A stretch of 61,329 bases of DNA from Christensenella sp. UBA3944 (lineage in GTDB: Bacteria; Bacillota; Clostridia; Christensenellales; DTU072). Shown piece by piece: positions 46,539 through 54,741 of this stretch. The position numbers and the translations under genes are program-made. The notes under the pieces are model-generated. The model was not told the origin of the DNA and ran no database searches. It was given only the letters and a program-made list of their open reading frames with translations. Every line of letters starts with the position of its first letter. The first letter of the stretch is position 1. Where the stretch lies: the NCBI GenBank assembly GCA_002385605.1, contig DGDU01000005.1, forward strand, positions 1-61,329, in the 5' to 3' direction.

Positions 46539-48905
46539 TTATGAGAACATGGCGCAAAGTATCTCTTCCGCTATCCTTTCCGCGGTGGGGAAATACTCCA
46601 TCTCGTACCTGATGGGCGGCACAATGGTGTCGGGCGAGCCTATCACCAAAGGCGGGTTTTTTAGCGAGCCGAAACACATCGAGGTTAGGTTGGAAGCAAT
46701 CGTTTCGGCGACGGAGCCCGTCTTGCAGGCGAAGGTGACTACGGCGAATCTTCCTGTCTTTCGCACCGATTTTGCCGCCTCGGGGTAGCCAAAGGGGGCT
46801 ATGCTTCTCGCGTCCACAATCTCGGCTTCTATCCCTTTTTGTTTGAGGATTTCGGCTGCCTCCATTGCGGCATATAAAGCCGGGCCTATCGTGATAATCG
46901 TGATATCGGCTCCCTTTAGCTTTATTTCGGGTACCCCTATCTGGATTTCGTAGTATCCCTCCGGCACGCCTTCTGGACGGAAATATTCCGCCTCGCCGTA
47001 CAGTTTCTGGCTCTCAAAAAAGATTACGGGGTCGCTTCCCGAAAGCGCCGAATTCATAAGCCCCTTGCAATCGTAAGGGGTGGCGGGATAGACAACCTTA
47101 AGCCCGGGGATATGCGCCGCGAGCGCCGTCCAGTCCTGCGAGTGTTGCGTGCCGTACTTTGTGCCTACCGAAACACGCACGACAACGGGAAGCCTTAGCC
47201 TTCCCGCGCTCATCGCCTGCCACTTGGCAAGCTGGTTGAACAGCTCGTCGCCCGCCCTCGCGAGGAAGTCGGCAAACATAATCTCTATAACCGCCCTGCC
47301 CCCGCACATGGCGTAGCCTACCGCTGTGGACACTATCGCCGCCTCGGATATCGGGGCGTTGAACAGCCTGCGGTAAGGAAGGGTTTCGGTAAGCCCTTTG
47401 TAAACCGAACAAACGCCGCCCCAGTCCCTTACATCCTCGCCGTAAGAAACGAGGGTTTTATCCTTGTAGAAGCAATCGAACACCGCCTCAAAGATGGCGT
47501 CGTTTACGGTTACCGCCGAGCCGTCCTTTATTTTGCGCCCCTCCTTGCCTATGCCGGAGCGGCTCTTTGAGAGGATCTGCAGGTATCTCGAATTATTCTC
47601 TTTGGGCGGAAGCGAAGTATCTTCTTCCGTTTTAGCGGGCGCATCCGAAAAGCTTACCGACTTAAGAAAATCCTTTACCTTGCCCTTTCCCCATTCGGGG
47701 GCTTTGAGAGCCATTTCGCATACCCTGTAAACGGTCTGCCCCGCCTCGGCGTGAGTTTTTGCAAAGAAGCTTTCGCCCGCAATGCCGCTTTCGATGAGGT
47801 CTTTTTTATACAATGTAAGCGGGTCGTATTTTCTCCACTCATCTATTTCCGCCTGCTCGCGGTACTGCATACTGTCGGACTGCGAATGCCCTTTTATGCG
47901 ATAGGTAACCACATCGAGAAGGGCGGGCCCTTTGCCCTCTTGCAGCAGCTTTTTGCGGCGGAGGGTGGCGTCATACACGGCTAATGGGTTGTTTCCGTTT
48001 ATCCTTTCGGCGTAAAGCCCCGTAGGCGATATCCCGGCGCCGACTCTCGCGGGCTGTCCGTAAGCCATAGTTTCGCCGCTGGTCTGCCCGCCCATGCCGT
48101 ATCCGTTGTCTATAATGTTGAACAGCACGGGCAAGCCGCCTTTTTGCTCCCAAAGGGTGTTGTATTGGTCCATGGCGGCAAAGTTCATCGCCTCAAAAAC
48201 GACGCCGCAGCCCAAAGCCCCGTCGCCTATGTTCGCTACGGTTATGCCTTTTTTGTTGTTGATTTTCTTATATAAAGCCGCGCCCGCGGCGATAGGAGCC
48301 GAAGCCCCCACTATTGCGTTGTTTGGGTATACGCCGAACGGGGCGAAAAAGACATGCATAGAACCGCCGAAGCCTTTCTGGAAACCCGTTTTCTTGGCAA
48401 AAATCTCGCAAAGCGCCCCGTAAAGCAGGAAATCCTCGGCCATTTTCTTTATGTCGGGATAATCCTCTTTATTTAAGGCGGCAAGTATTTCGGGCTCGCT
48501 TTCCATGATAGCCATTAATTCGGCATCGCCGGCTTCCTCGACAAACCTTAAGCCTTTGGCAATAAGCTCGCCGTGGCTTCGGTGGGAGCCGAAAATAAAA
48601 TCGTCCTTATCCAGGGCGTAAGCCTGCCCTACGGCGGCGGCTTCCTCGCCTATGCAAAGATGGATGGGCCCCTCGTAGGTATATTTAAGCCCTTTGTAAT
48701 CGGATTTTTCCTTGAGGTCGGAAAGGGCGGTTTCGAATTCCCTTATAATTGCCATAGCCCGGTAAATGCCCAAAAGCCCCCTCTCGCCCAGCCTCGGCAG
48801 TTCGTCCTTTGCCGTGGAATTATAGGCGTTCTGAGGGATGCCTTGGAAGGTGATTTCGCCCTTCTCGAACAAAATCTTCGGGTCTATGAACAAGTTCTTC
48901 GGCAT
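46539..48905 (-). CDS. Fused E1 alpha+beta thiamine-diphosphate-dependent 2-oxoacid/acetoin dehydrogenase component
   Basis: 788 aa from ATG 48905 (SD AAGGA); the track's GTG 48944 has no SD. The N-terminal half contains the ThDP motif IGDGALGCG...(x26)...NIIDNGYGMG. The C-terminal half is E1-beta/transketolase-like (Pyr and C-terminal domains). Confidence 0.85.
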   Translation of the reverse strand: MPKNLFIDPKILFEKGEITFQGIPQNAYNSTAKDELPRLGERGLLGIYRAMAIIREFETALSDLKEKSDYKGLKYTYEGPIHLCIGEEAAAVGQAYALDKDDFIFGSHRSHGELIAKGLRFVEEAGDAELMAIMESEPEILAALNKEDYPDIKKMAEDFLLYGALCEIFAKKTGFQKGFGGSMHVFFAPFGVYPNNAIVGASAPIAAGAALYKKINNKKGITVANIGDGALGCGVVFEAMNFAAMDQYNTLWEQKGGLPVLFNIIDNGYGMGGQTSGETMAYGQPARVGAGISPTGLYAERINGNNPLAVYDATLRRKKLLQEGKGPALLDVVTYRIKGHSQSDSMQYREQAEIDEWRKYDPLTLYKKDLIESGIAGESFFAKTHAEAGQTVYRVCEMALKAPEWGKGKVKDFLKSVSFSDAPAKTEEDTSLPPKENNSRYLQILSKSRSGIGKEGRKIKDGSAVTVNDAIFEAVFDCFYKDKTLVSYGEDVRDWGGVCSVYKGLTETLPYRRLFNAPISEAAIVSTAVGYAMCGGRAVIEIMFADFLARAGDELFNQLAKWQAMSAGRLRLPVVVRVSVGTKYGTQHSQDWTALAAHIPGLKVVYPATPYDCKGLMNSALSGSDPVIFFESQKLYGEAEYFRPEGVPEGYYEIQIGVPEIKLKGADITIITIGPALYAAMEAAEILKQKGIEAEIVDARSIAPFGYPEAAKSVRKTGRFAVVTFACKTGSVAETIASNLTSMCFGSLKNPPLVIGSPDTIVPPIRYEMEYFPTAERIAEEILCAMFS

Positions 48906-48976
48906 TGTTTTCCTTAATTTTCCTATGTATGGATTATGGAACACATTATATAGATTATGGCCCTAAAAGTCAATTC

Positions 48977-49015
48977 AAAAAGAAACGAAGCCGCTTCTTA
49001 ATGAAGCAGGCTTCG
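48977..49015 (-). terminator. Terminator downstream of spoIVA
   Basis: The minus strand reads CGAAGCCTGCTTC-ATTAA-GAAGCGGCTTCG followed by TTTCTTTTT. Confidence 0.6.
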
Positions 49016-49062
49016 CAAAACAGGGATATTTGAGATTTTATGCAAGCTATATTCGGATTAGC

Positions 49063-50535
49063 CTACAGCAGTATGCAAAGCACGCCGCCCCTGTTCTCGT
49101 TTACGATTCTCGTTATAGTCTTTTTGAGCTTTTTCTGGGCGTCCTTGGGCATATTGCTTATCTTATTGCCGATGTCCTCGCAAAGCATAATGTTAAGCGG
49201 CTTGCCGAACATATTGGTCTTCCAGATGCTTTGCTTGTCGTTCTCGAACTCCTCCATCATCGATTTGAGAAGCTCGGCGCTTTGCTGCTCGCTGCCTATA
49301 ACGGGGCTTATTTCGGCGTCGACATCGACGCGGACAAGGTGCAGGGAGGGCGCGGACGCCTTAAGCCTTACCCCGAACAGAGAGCCTTTGCGCACAATTT
49401 CGGGTTCGGCAAGCTCCATCTCCTCCATTGTAGGCACGACTACGCCGTAGCCCGTTTCGCTCACCTCGTCCAGAGCCTTGCGGAACTTCTGGTAATCCTT
49501 ATAGGCTCTGGATGCCTTTACGATGTAGCTCATAAGCTTGTAGTCGTCGTCTATGTCGGTGTTGCACTCTTCGGCAAGCACTTTGTAGAACACCCCGTCC
49601 CTTGCCTTATAGCTAAGTTTTATGGTGCCCGTTGCCGAGTCGACCTCGATATCGGGGTTATCCTCTATTATTTCGCTGCCCTCAAACAGCCCGCTTAGCA
49701 TTTCGTAGTCGCGCATCTTCGAGTAGCGGTTGGTATCCTCGAGAAGCTTGCCGATTATCTCGGCGATAATCCTGTGGCCCTGTCCCAGGGCGCGCATCCA
49801 CTTGGGCAGATTGATATCGATGGATTTTATGGGGAATTCCATTAATATCTTAAGAAGCACATTGGCAAAATCGTCCTTGCCCGCCTTCATTATGTCCATG
49901 GGGATGACGGGCACGCCGTAGCGCTCGAAGAGGCTTTCGGCAAGTTTTCCCGTGTCGGGTGAGTCGGGGTTTTTGGTATTAAGTAGCACGACAAAGGGCT
50001 TGCCTATGTTCTTAAGCTCTTTGACAACCCTTTCCTCCGCCTCTAGGTATTTTGCGCGGCCTATGTCCGTTATCGTGCCGTCGGTAGTAACGACGATGCC
50101 TATCGTCGAGTGCTCGCGGATAACCTTGTCGGTGCCCATCTCGGCTGCCTTCTGGAAGGGCATTTCGCTTTCCGACCACGGGGTGCGCACCATTCGGGGC
50201 TTGTCGCCCTCAACATGCCCGAGGGCGCCCTCGACAAGATATCCCACGCAGTCTATAAGCCTGATGTTGGCGTATGTATTGCCGAGGTTCAGCCTTACAG
50301 CTTCGTTGGGCACAAATTTGGGTTCGGTTGTCATGATGGTTTTGCCGTCCGCCGATTGCGGCAGTTCGTCTACCGTGCGTGTCTTTTTCGCGTCGTCCTC
50401 TATGCGGTCGAGCACAAGGTTTTCCATAAACCTTTTAATGAAAGTGGATTTGCCCGTCCTGACGGGCCCCACAACGCCTATATAGATGTCGCCTCCCGTG
50501 CGGAGGGCGATATCGTTATATATGTCAAAATCCAT
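49063..50535 (-). CDS. spoIVA: Stage IV sporulation protein A (spore coat morphogenetic ATPase)
   Basis: I chose ATG 50535 (SD GGAGG), giving 490 aa. The N-terminus MDFDIYNDIALRTGGDIYIGVVGPVRTGKSTFIKRFME is the hallmark SpoIVA Walker A region. Confidence 0.95.
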   Translation of the reverse strand: MDFDIYNDIALRTGGDIYIGVVGPVRTGKSTFIKRFMENLVLDRIEDDAKKTRTVDELPQSADGKTIMTTEPKFVPNEAVRLNLGNTYANIRLIDCVGYLVEGALGHVEGDKPRMVRTPWSESEMPFQKAAEMGTDKVIREHSTIGIVVTTDGTITDIGRAKYLEAEERVVKELKNIGKPFVVLLNTKNPDSPDTGKLAESLFERYGVPVIPMDIMKAGKDDFANVLLKILMEFPIKSIDINLPKWMRALGQGHRIIAEIIGKLLEDTNRYSKMRDYEMLSGLFEGSEIIEDNPDIEVDSATGTIKLSYKARDGVFYKVLAEECNTDIDDDYKLMSYIVKASRAYKDYQKFRKALDEVSETGYGVVVPTMEEMELAEPEIVRKGSLFGVRLKASAPSLHLVRVDVDAEISPVIGSEQQSAELLKSMMEEFENDKQSIWKTNMFGKPLNIMLCEDIGNKISNMPKDAQKKLKKTITRIVNENRGGVLCILL

Positions 50536-50562
50536 ATTTCGCCTCCATAGAATTTGTAGTAA

Positions 50563-50591
50563 ATTGTATGCCGGAAAAAGCCCCGATATTA
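50563..50591 (-). promoter_or_regulatory. Sigma-E-type promoter of spoIVA
   Basis: The minus strand reads TAATATC-14 nt-CATACAAT, against the sigma-E consensus as I recall it (ZHATAXX-14-CATACAHT). The -10 box ends 27 nt before the ATG. Confidence 0.6.
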
Positions 50592-50620
50592 CAGGCTGAC
50601 AGGGCGTCTGTAAAAACGCG

Positions 50621-50650
50621 AACAAACAAAGAGCGCCTTAAGGGCGCTCT
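50621..50650 (-). terminator. Terminator downstream of the aminotransferase gene
   Basis: An 8-bp GC-rich stem AGAGCGCC/GGCGCTCT (50630-50650) is followed on the minus strand by TTTGTTTGTT. There is also a T-run on the plus side. Confidence 0.6.
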
Positions 50651-50679
50651 CGTTTTTTATATTTGAATTACTTTTTTGC

Positions 50680-51918
50680 TTATTGTTTTTCGAGATAGGC
50701 GATTTTGGCAGCGCAGCAGAAAACCCGCATAGCCGTCTCAAGTTCGCCGATGGGCGGGAGCGAGGGGGCGATACGGAGATTGCTGTCCTTGGGGTCCTTG
50801 CGGTAAGGGAAGGTCGCTCCGGCGGGGGTAAAGATGACGCCCGCTTCTTTGGCAAGCGCTACCGTCCTTTTGGCGGTGCCGTTCGGGAGGTCTACCGAAA
50901 TAAAGTATCCGCCTCTGGGCTTTTGCCAAACGGCTATATCCGAAAGTTCCTCCTCGAGAATCTTAAGGACTGTCTCGAATTTGGGCGCCAGGATATCCTT
51001 ATGCTTTGCCATAATGTCGCGGATGCCGTCGGCGTTTTTGAAGAACAAGGCGTGGGCAAGCTGGCTTATTTTGTCGGGGCCGATGGTCTGGAAGGTCATT
51101 TTGCTAAGAATATCGTCTATGTTGCGTTTGGACGATGCCACAAACGCCACGCCGCCGCCCGCGAAGGTTATCTTCGAGGTCGAGCCGAATATATAAACTA
51201 TATCGGGGTTGCCCGCTTTCTTGGCCTCGGTGAGAATATCCGTGAGTTCGTCGCCCTCGTCGGTTATGGCGTGTACCATATAGGCGTTATCCCAGTAAAT
51301 GCGGAAGTCCGAGGCGGCGGGCTTCAGGGAAGCCAAAGCCTTTACGGCCCTGTCGCTGTACACTATGCCCTGGGGGTTGGAGTACTTGGGCACGCACCAC
51401 ATACCTTTAACGGCGGGGTCTTTTACAAGCTCCTCTATAACGGCGACATCCGGGCCCTCGTCGGTCATGGGCACATTTATCATTTCGATGCCCATAAGCT
51501 CGGTAATGGCAAAGTGCCTGTCGTAGCCCGGCACGGGGCAAAGCCATTTAATTCGGCCCTGCTTGTTTAGGGGCTCGCCGCCCGCGACGCCAAACTGCAT
51601 TGCCCTCTGAAGGGTGTCATACATAAGGTTGAGGCTCGAATTGCCCGCGACTACCATTTCTTCGTCGGCGTAGCCCGTAAGCTCGCAAAAGATTGCTTTT
51701 ATTTCGGGTATGCCCGACAGGATGCCGTAGTTGCGGTAGTCATTTTTATTGATAATAAGGTTGCTTTTTGAAGTCAGAACATCAAAAAGCCCCATCGACA
51801 AGTCCAACTGCTCTTTGCAGGGCTTGCCTCTGGACATATCCAGTTTAAGTCCCATTGTTTTGAACTGCTCGAACCTTTGCAGTTCGCGTTCCAAAAGCGC
51901 CTTTTGTTCTGTGTTCAT
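50680..51918 (-). CDS. Class I/II PLP-dependent aminotransferase
   Basis: 412 aa. The overall pattern (LDMSRGKP..., GNSSLNLMYD, FGSTSKITFAGGG with the PLP lysine) fits fold-type I aminotransferases. Specificity is unknown. Confidence 0.8.
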   Translation of the reverse strand: MNTEQKALLERELQRFEQFKTMGLKLDMSRGKPCKEQLDLSMGLFDVLTSKSNLIINKNDYRNYGILSGIPEIKAIFCELTGYADEEMVVAGNSSLNLMYDTLQRAMQFGVAGGEPLNKQGRIKWLCPVPGYDRHFAITELMGIEMINVPMTDEGPDVAVIEELVKDPAVKGMWCVPKYSNPQGIVYSDRAVKALASLKPAASDFRIYWDNAYMVHAITDEGDELTDILTEAKKAGNPDIVYIFGSTSKITFAGGGVAFVASSKRNIDDILSKMTFQTIGPDKISQLAHALFFKNADGIRDIMAKHKDILAPKFETVLKILEEELSDIAVWQKPRGGYFISVDLPNGTAKRTVALAKEAGVIFTPAGATFPYRKDPKDSNLRIAPSLPPIGELETAMRVFCCAAKIAYLEKQ

Positions 51919-51933
51919 AGAGTACCTCGATAT

Positions 51934-53253
51934 TTAAATTTGATCTTTTTCGGATGTGTTGAGCTTGATTCTTATCGGCGTGCCCGAGAAGTCGAAGGCC
52001 TTGCGGAGGGTGTTTTCCAGATACCGCCTGTAAGAAAAGTGCATAATCGTGGGGTCGTTAACAAACAGCGCGAAGGTGGGCGGGTTGGCGGCAACCTGCT
52101 TGCAGAAAGAAATCTTGAGCTTCTTGCCCAGCCTGTTTGGCGGCTCGTTGACGGCGATGGCGTCGCCTATAACATCGTTCAGGATACCCGTTGCGACAAC
52201 ACGGGAGGCGTTGGCGTAAACCTCTTCGGCGGCATCCAGAACCTTATCCGCACGCCTGCCCGTAAGGGCGCTTATATATATGGACTTGTAATAATCCATA
52301 AATTTGAGGTTTTGCTTTATCTTGTTCTCGAACTGATATATGGTGTTGGTATCCTTTTCGATCAGGTCCCATTTGTTCATAACGATAACCGAGGGCTTGC
52401 CGGCCTCGTGCACAAGGCCGCAAATCTTTACATCCTGCTCGGTAATGCCTTCGGAGGAGTCAATTACAACTAGCACGACATCGGCGCGCTTTATGGCGGC
52501 TATGCTTCTTACCACGCTGTAATACTCTATATCCTCTTCGACCTTGCTCTTTTTGCGTATGCCCGCCGTATCTATTATGGTGTAATGCTTGTCGCCTACC
52601 GTAAAGGGGGTGTCGATGGCGTCACGGGTTGTGCCCGCTATGTCGGTGACTATTACCCTCTCGAAGCCCAGAATCCTGTTTACCAAAGAGGATTTGCCGC
52701 TGTTGGGCTTGCCGACAACCGCGATTTTCAGGCTTTCGGTTTTGCCGCCTTCCTCGGTTTCGGGAAGGTGGCCTACAATCATATCCAGCAGGTCTCCGAG
52801 CCCTTTGGAAAGCTCGGCGGATATGGCTACGGGGTCGCCAAGCCCTAAGGAATAAAAATCGTATTTTACCGATTCGTCCCTTCCGTCCACCTTGTTTACG
52901 ACGCAGATTACGGGCTTGCCGCACTTTCTCAAAAAAGTGGCGACCTCGTGGTCGTCTATCGTGATTCCCGTCTTGCCATCTACAAAAAAGAGTATGACAT
53001 CGGCGGCGTCCATCGCGGCGTCAGCCTGGCGGCGGATCTGTTTCCACATTATATCCTCGCTGCTCACCTCGATGCCGCCCGTGTCGATTAGCGTAAATAC
53101 CCTGCCTTGCCACTCGACATCGGCGTAAAGCCTGTCGCGCGTGACCCCGGGGGTATCGTTTACGATGCTAAGGCGCCTGCCGACAACCTTATTGAAAAAG
53201 GTCGATTTGCCCACATTGGGCCTTCCGACAATCGCCACCATTGGTGTTACCAT
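51934..53253 (-). CDS. der: Ribosome-associated GTPase Der (EngA)
   Basis: 439 aa with two tandem G domains (GRPNVGKST...DTGG...NKVD; GKPNSGKSS...DTAG...NKWD) plus a KH-like C-terminus. Confidence 0.95.
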   Translation of the reverse strand: MVTPMVAIVGRPNVGKSTFFNKVVGRRLSIVNDTPGVTRDRLYADVEWQGRVFTLIDTGGIEVSSEDIMWKQIRRQADAAMDAADVILFFVDGKTGITIDDHEVATFLRKCGKPVICVVNKVDGRDESVKYDFYSLGLGDPVAISAELSKGLGDLLDMIVGHLPETEEGGKTESLKIAVVGKPNSGKSSLVNRILGFERVIVTDIAGTTRDAIDTPFTVGDKHYTIIDTAGIRKKSKVEEDIEYYSVVRSIAAIKRADVVLVVIDSSEGITEQDVKICGLVHEAGKPSVIVMNKWDLIEKDTNTIYQFENKIKQNLKFMDYYKSIYISALTGRRADKVLDAAEEVYANASRVVATGILNDVIGDAIAVNEPPNRLGKKLKISFCKQVAANPPTFALFVNDPTIMHFSYRRYLENTLRKAFDFSGTPIRIKLNTSEKDQI

Positions 53254-53283
53254 CTGCCTCTCCTTAAAAGAGCGTTTATGTAA

Positions 53284-54585
53284 TTATTCGCCGTAGGCTA
53301 TCGTGTCCACAAGGCACTCGCCGTCTACGGCCGATACAAGCACTTTTTTGCCCAAAGCCTTTTCGAGTTCGGCAAGGGAAATACCGTCCAGGAAAACCGT
53401 GTCGAACTCCTTTAGCATAACCGACGGTATAAGGATATGGTCGGTTTGCGAAAAGTCGACGCCCTTAAGCTGATTGATGATATCACCCGCCGTAACAAGC
53501 CCGCTCACGGTCACGCTGTGCCCGAAAAAGTCGTTTCTTATGGGGTAGATATCTATTTTCAGCTTTCTCCACTTTTCCTTTAGGGCGGCGGCTACCCTCC
53601 CGAGGGCGTACACTCCCGCCTCGCCCGTGATAAAAGCCACACGCTTATTTACCTTAGAAGGCGCGAATTCCAGCGCCTCTTTTACCTCGCTTATAAGCTT
53701 GGCGATAAGCCCCACGCCGTTTTCTATCTGGTCGAAAGAGCCGTAATATCCGGCGTCTTTTACATCCCTTCCCGCCTGCAGGTACATTTCGTCCGAGCAG
53801 TAGCAAAAACCCCCGAACTTTTCGTAACAGGCTTCCACCATGTCTATGGTCGCAGAGGCCTCTTCTTTGGTCAGTAGCCTGAGTTCGGGCAGCCCCTCCC
53901 TGTGCCCCGTAAGCCCTACGGGCACAACTGCAAGGCTGACAATGTTTTCGCCCAGCGAGCGTAGGTCCTCAATGGTCTTTTTAAGCACTTCTCCGTCGTT
54001 GATGCCCGGGCAAAGCACAACCTGGGTATTAATCTTTATACCCGCCTCGGTAAGCCTTTTTAAGATATCCATTACGGGGGCGGGAGCCGTGCCTTTTACA
54101 CCCAAAAGCCTGCGCCTTACCTGCTCGTCGGTGGCGTGTACCGAAAAATACATGGGCGAAAGCTTGTATTCTATAATTCTTATTATATCCTTATCGGTAA
54201 GATTAGTGCCCGTGATATAGCACCCGCAGGTAAACGACAGCCTGTAATCGTCATCCTTTACATACAGGGTGTCCCGCATGCCTTCGGGAAGCTGGTCCAC
54301 GAAGCAAAAAAGGCAGTTATTGCGGCAGCAGCGGGGCTTTATTTCGGCGGAATCGTCAAACTCAAGCCCCAGATAATCGAAGTCGCTTTCCTTTTTAATC
54401 TCTACTTCCCTTACCGCGCCGTTTTTGTCCTTTATTGTAAGCACATATTCGGATTGCCCTTCGGCGTAGGCGTAATCGATAAGGTCGCGAAATTTTCTGC
54501 CGTTTACGGCAATAAGCTCGTCGCCTTTTCTTATTCCCGCGGACTTTGCCAGCCCGCCTCTGTCTACCTTAACGATTTTTGCCAA
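53284..54585 (-). CDS. PDZ + radical SAM + DUF512 protein
   Basis: 433 aa with a TTG start and SD GGAGG 5 nt upstream. It has an N-terminal PDZ domain (GGLAKSAGIRKGDELIAVNG) and a CX3CX2C motif (CRNNCLFC). It sits directly upstream of der. Confidence 0.8.
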   Translation of the reverse strand: MAKIVKVDRGGLAKSAGIRKGDELIAVNGRKFRDLIDYAYAEGQSEYVLTIKDKNGAVREVEIKKESDFDYLGLEFDDSAEIKPRCCRNNCLFCFVDQLPEGMRDTLYVKDDDYRLSFTCGCYITGTNLTDKDIIRIIEYKLSPMYFSVHATDEQVRRRLLGVKGTAPAPVMDILKRLTEAGIKINTQVVLCPGINDGEVLKKTIEDLRSLGENIVSLAVVPVGLTGHREGLPELRLLTKEEASATIDMVEACYEKFGGFCYCSDEMYLQAGRDVKDAGYYGSFDQIENGVGLIAKLISEVKEALEFAPSKVNKRVAFITGEAGVYALGRVAAALKEKWRKLKIDIYPIRNDFFGHSVTVSGLVTAGDIINQLKGVDFSQTDHILIPSVMLKEFDTVFLDGISLAELEKALGKKVLVSAVDGECLVDTIAYGE

Positions 54586-54705
54586 AATATCCTCCGAATA
54601 TCAAAAATATAATACCATAAGTTGCCCATATTTACCAAACTGTTTAGACGGGCTCAAACGGACAAAATAATAGTAACAAACATATAAAAGAAGTTAACTA
54701 TTTAT

Positions 54706-54733
54706 AATTACAAAGGGCGCCTGCCGGCGCCCC
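54706..54733 (-). terminator. Probable terminator downstream of parC
   Basis: The minus strand reads GGGCGCC-GGCA-GGCGCCC followed by TTTGTAATT (a short U-tract). Confidence 0.5.
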
Positions 54734-54741
54734 CTTAATCG

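Noticed and set aside
46405-46677. A 91-codon N-terminal extension of the eda ORF in the track.
   Set aside because: It would overlap the 3' end of the E1 gene and contains the eda promoter. The aldolase homology starts at MEKTLEF (ATG 46404).
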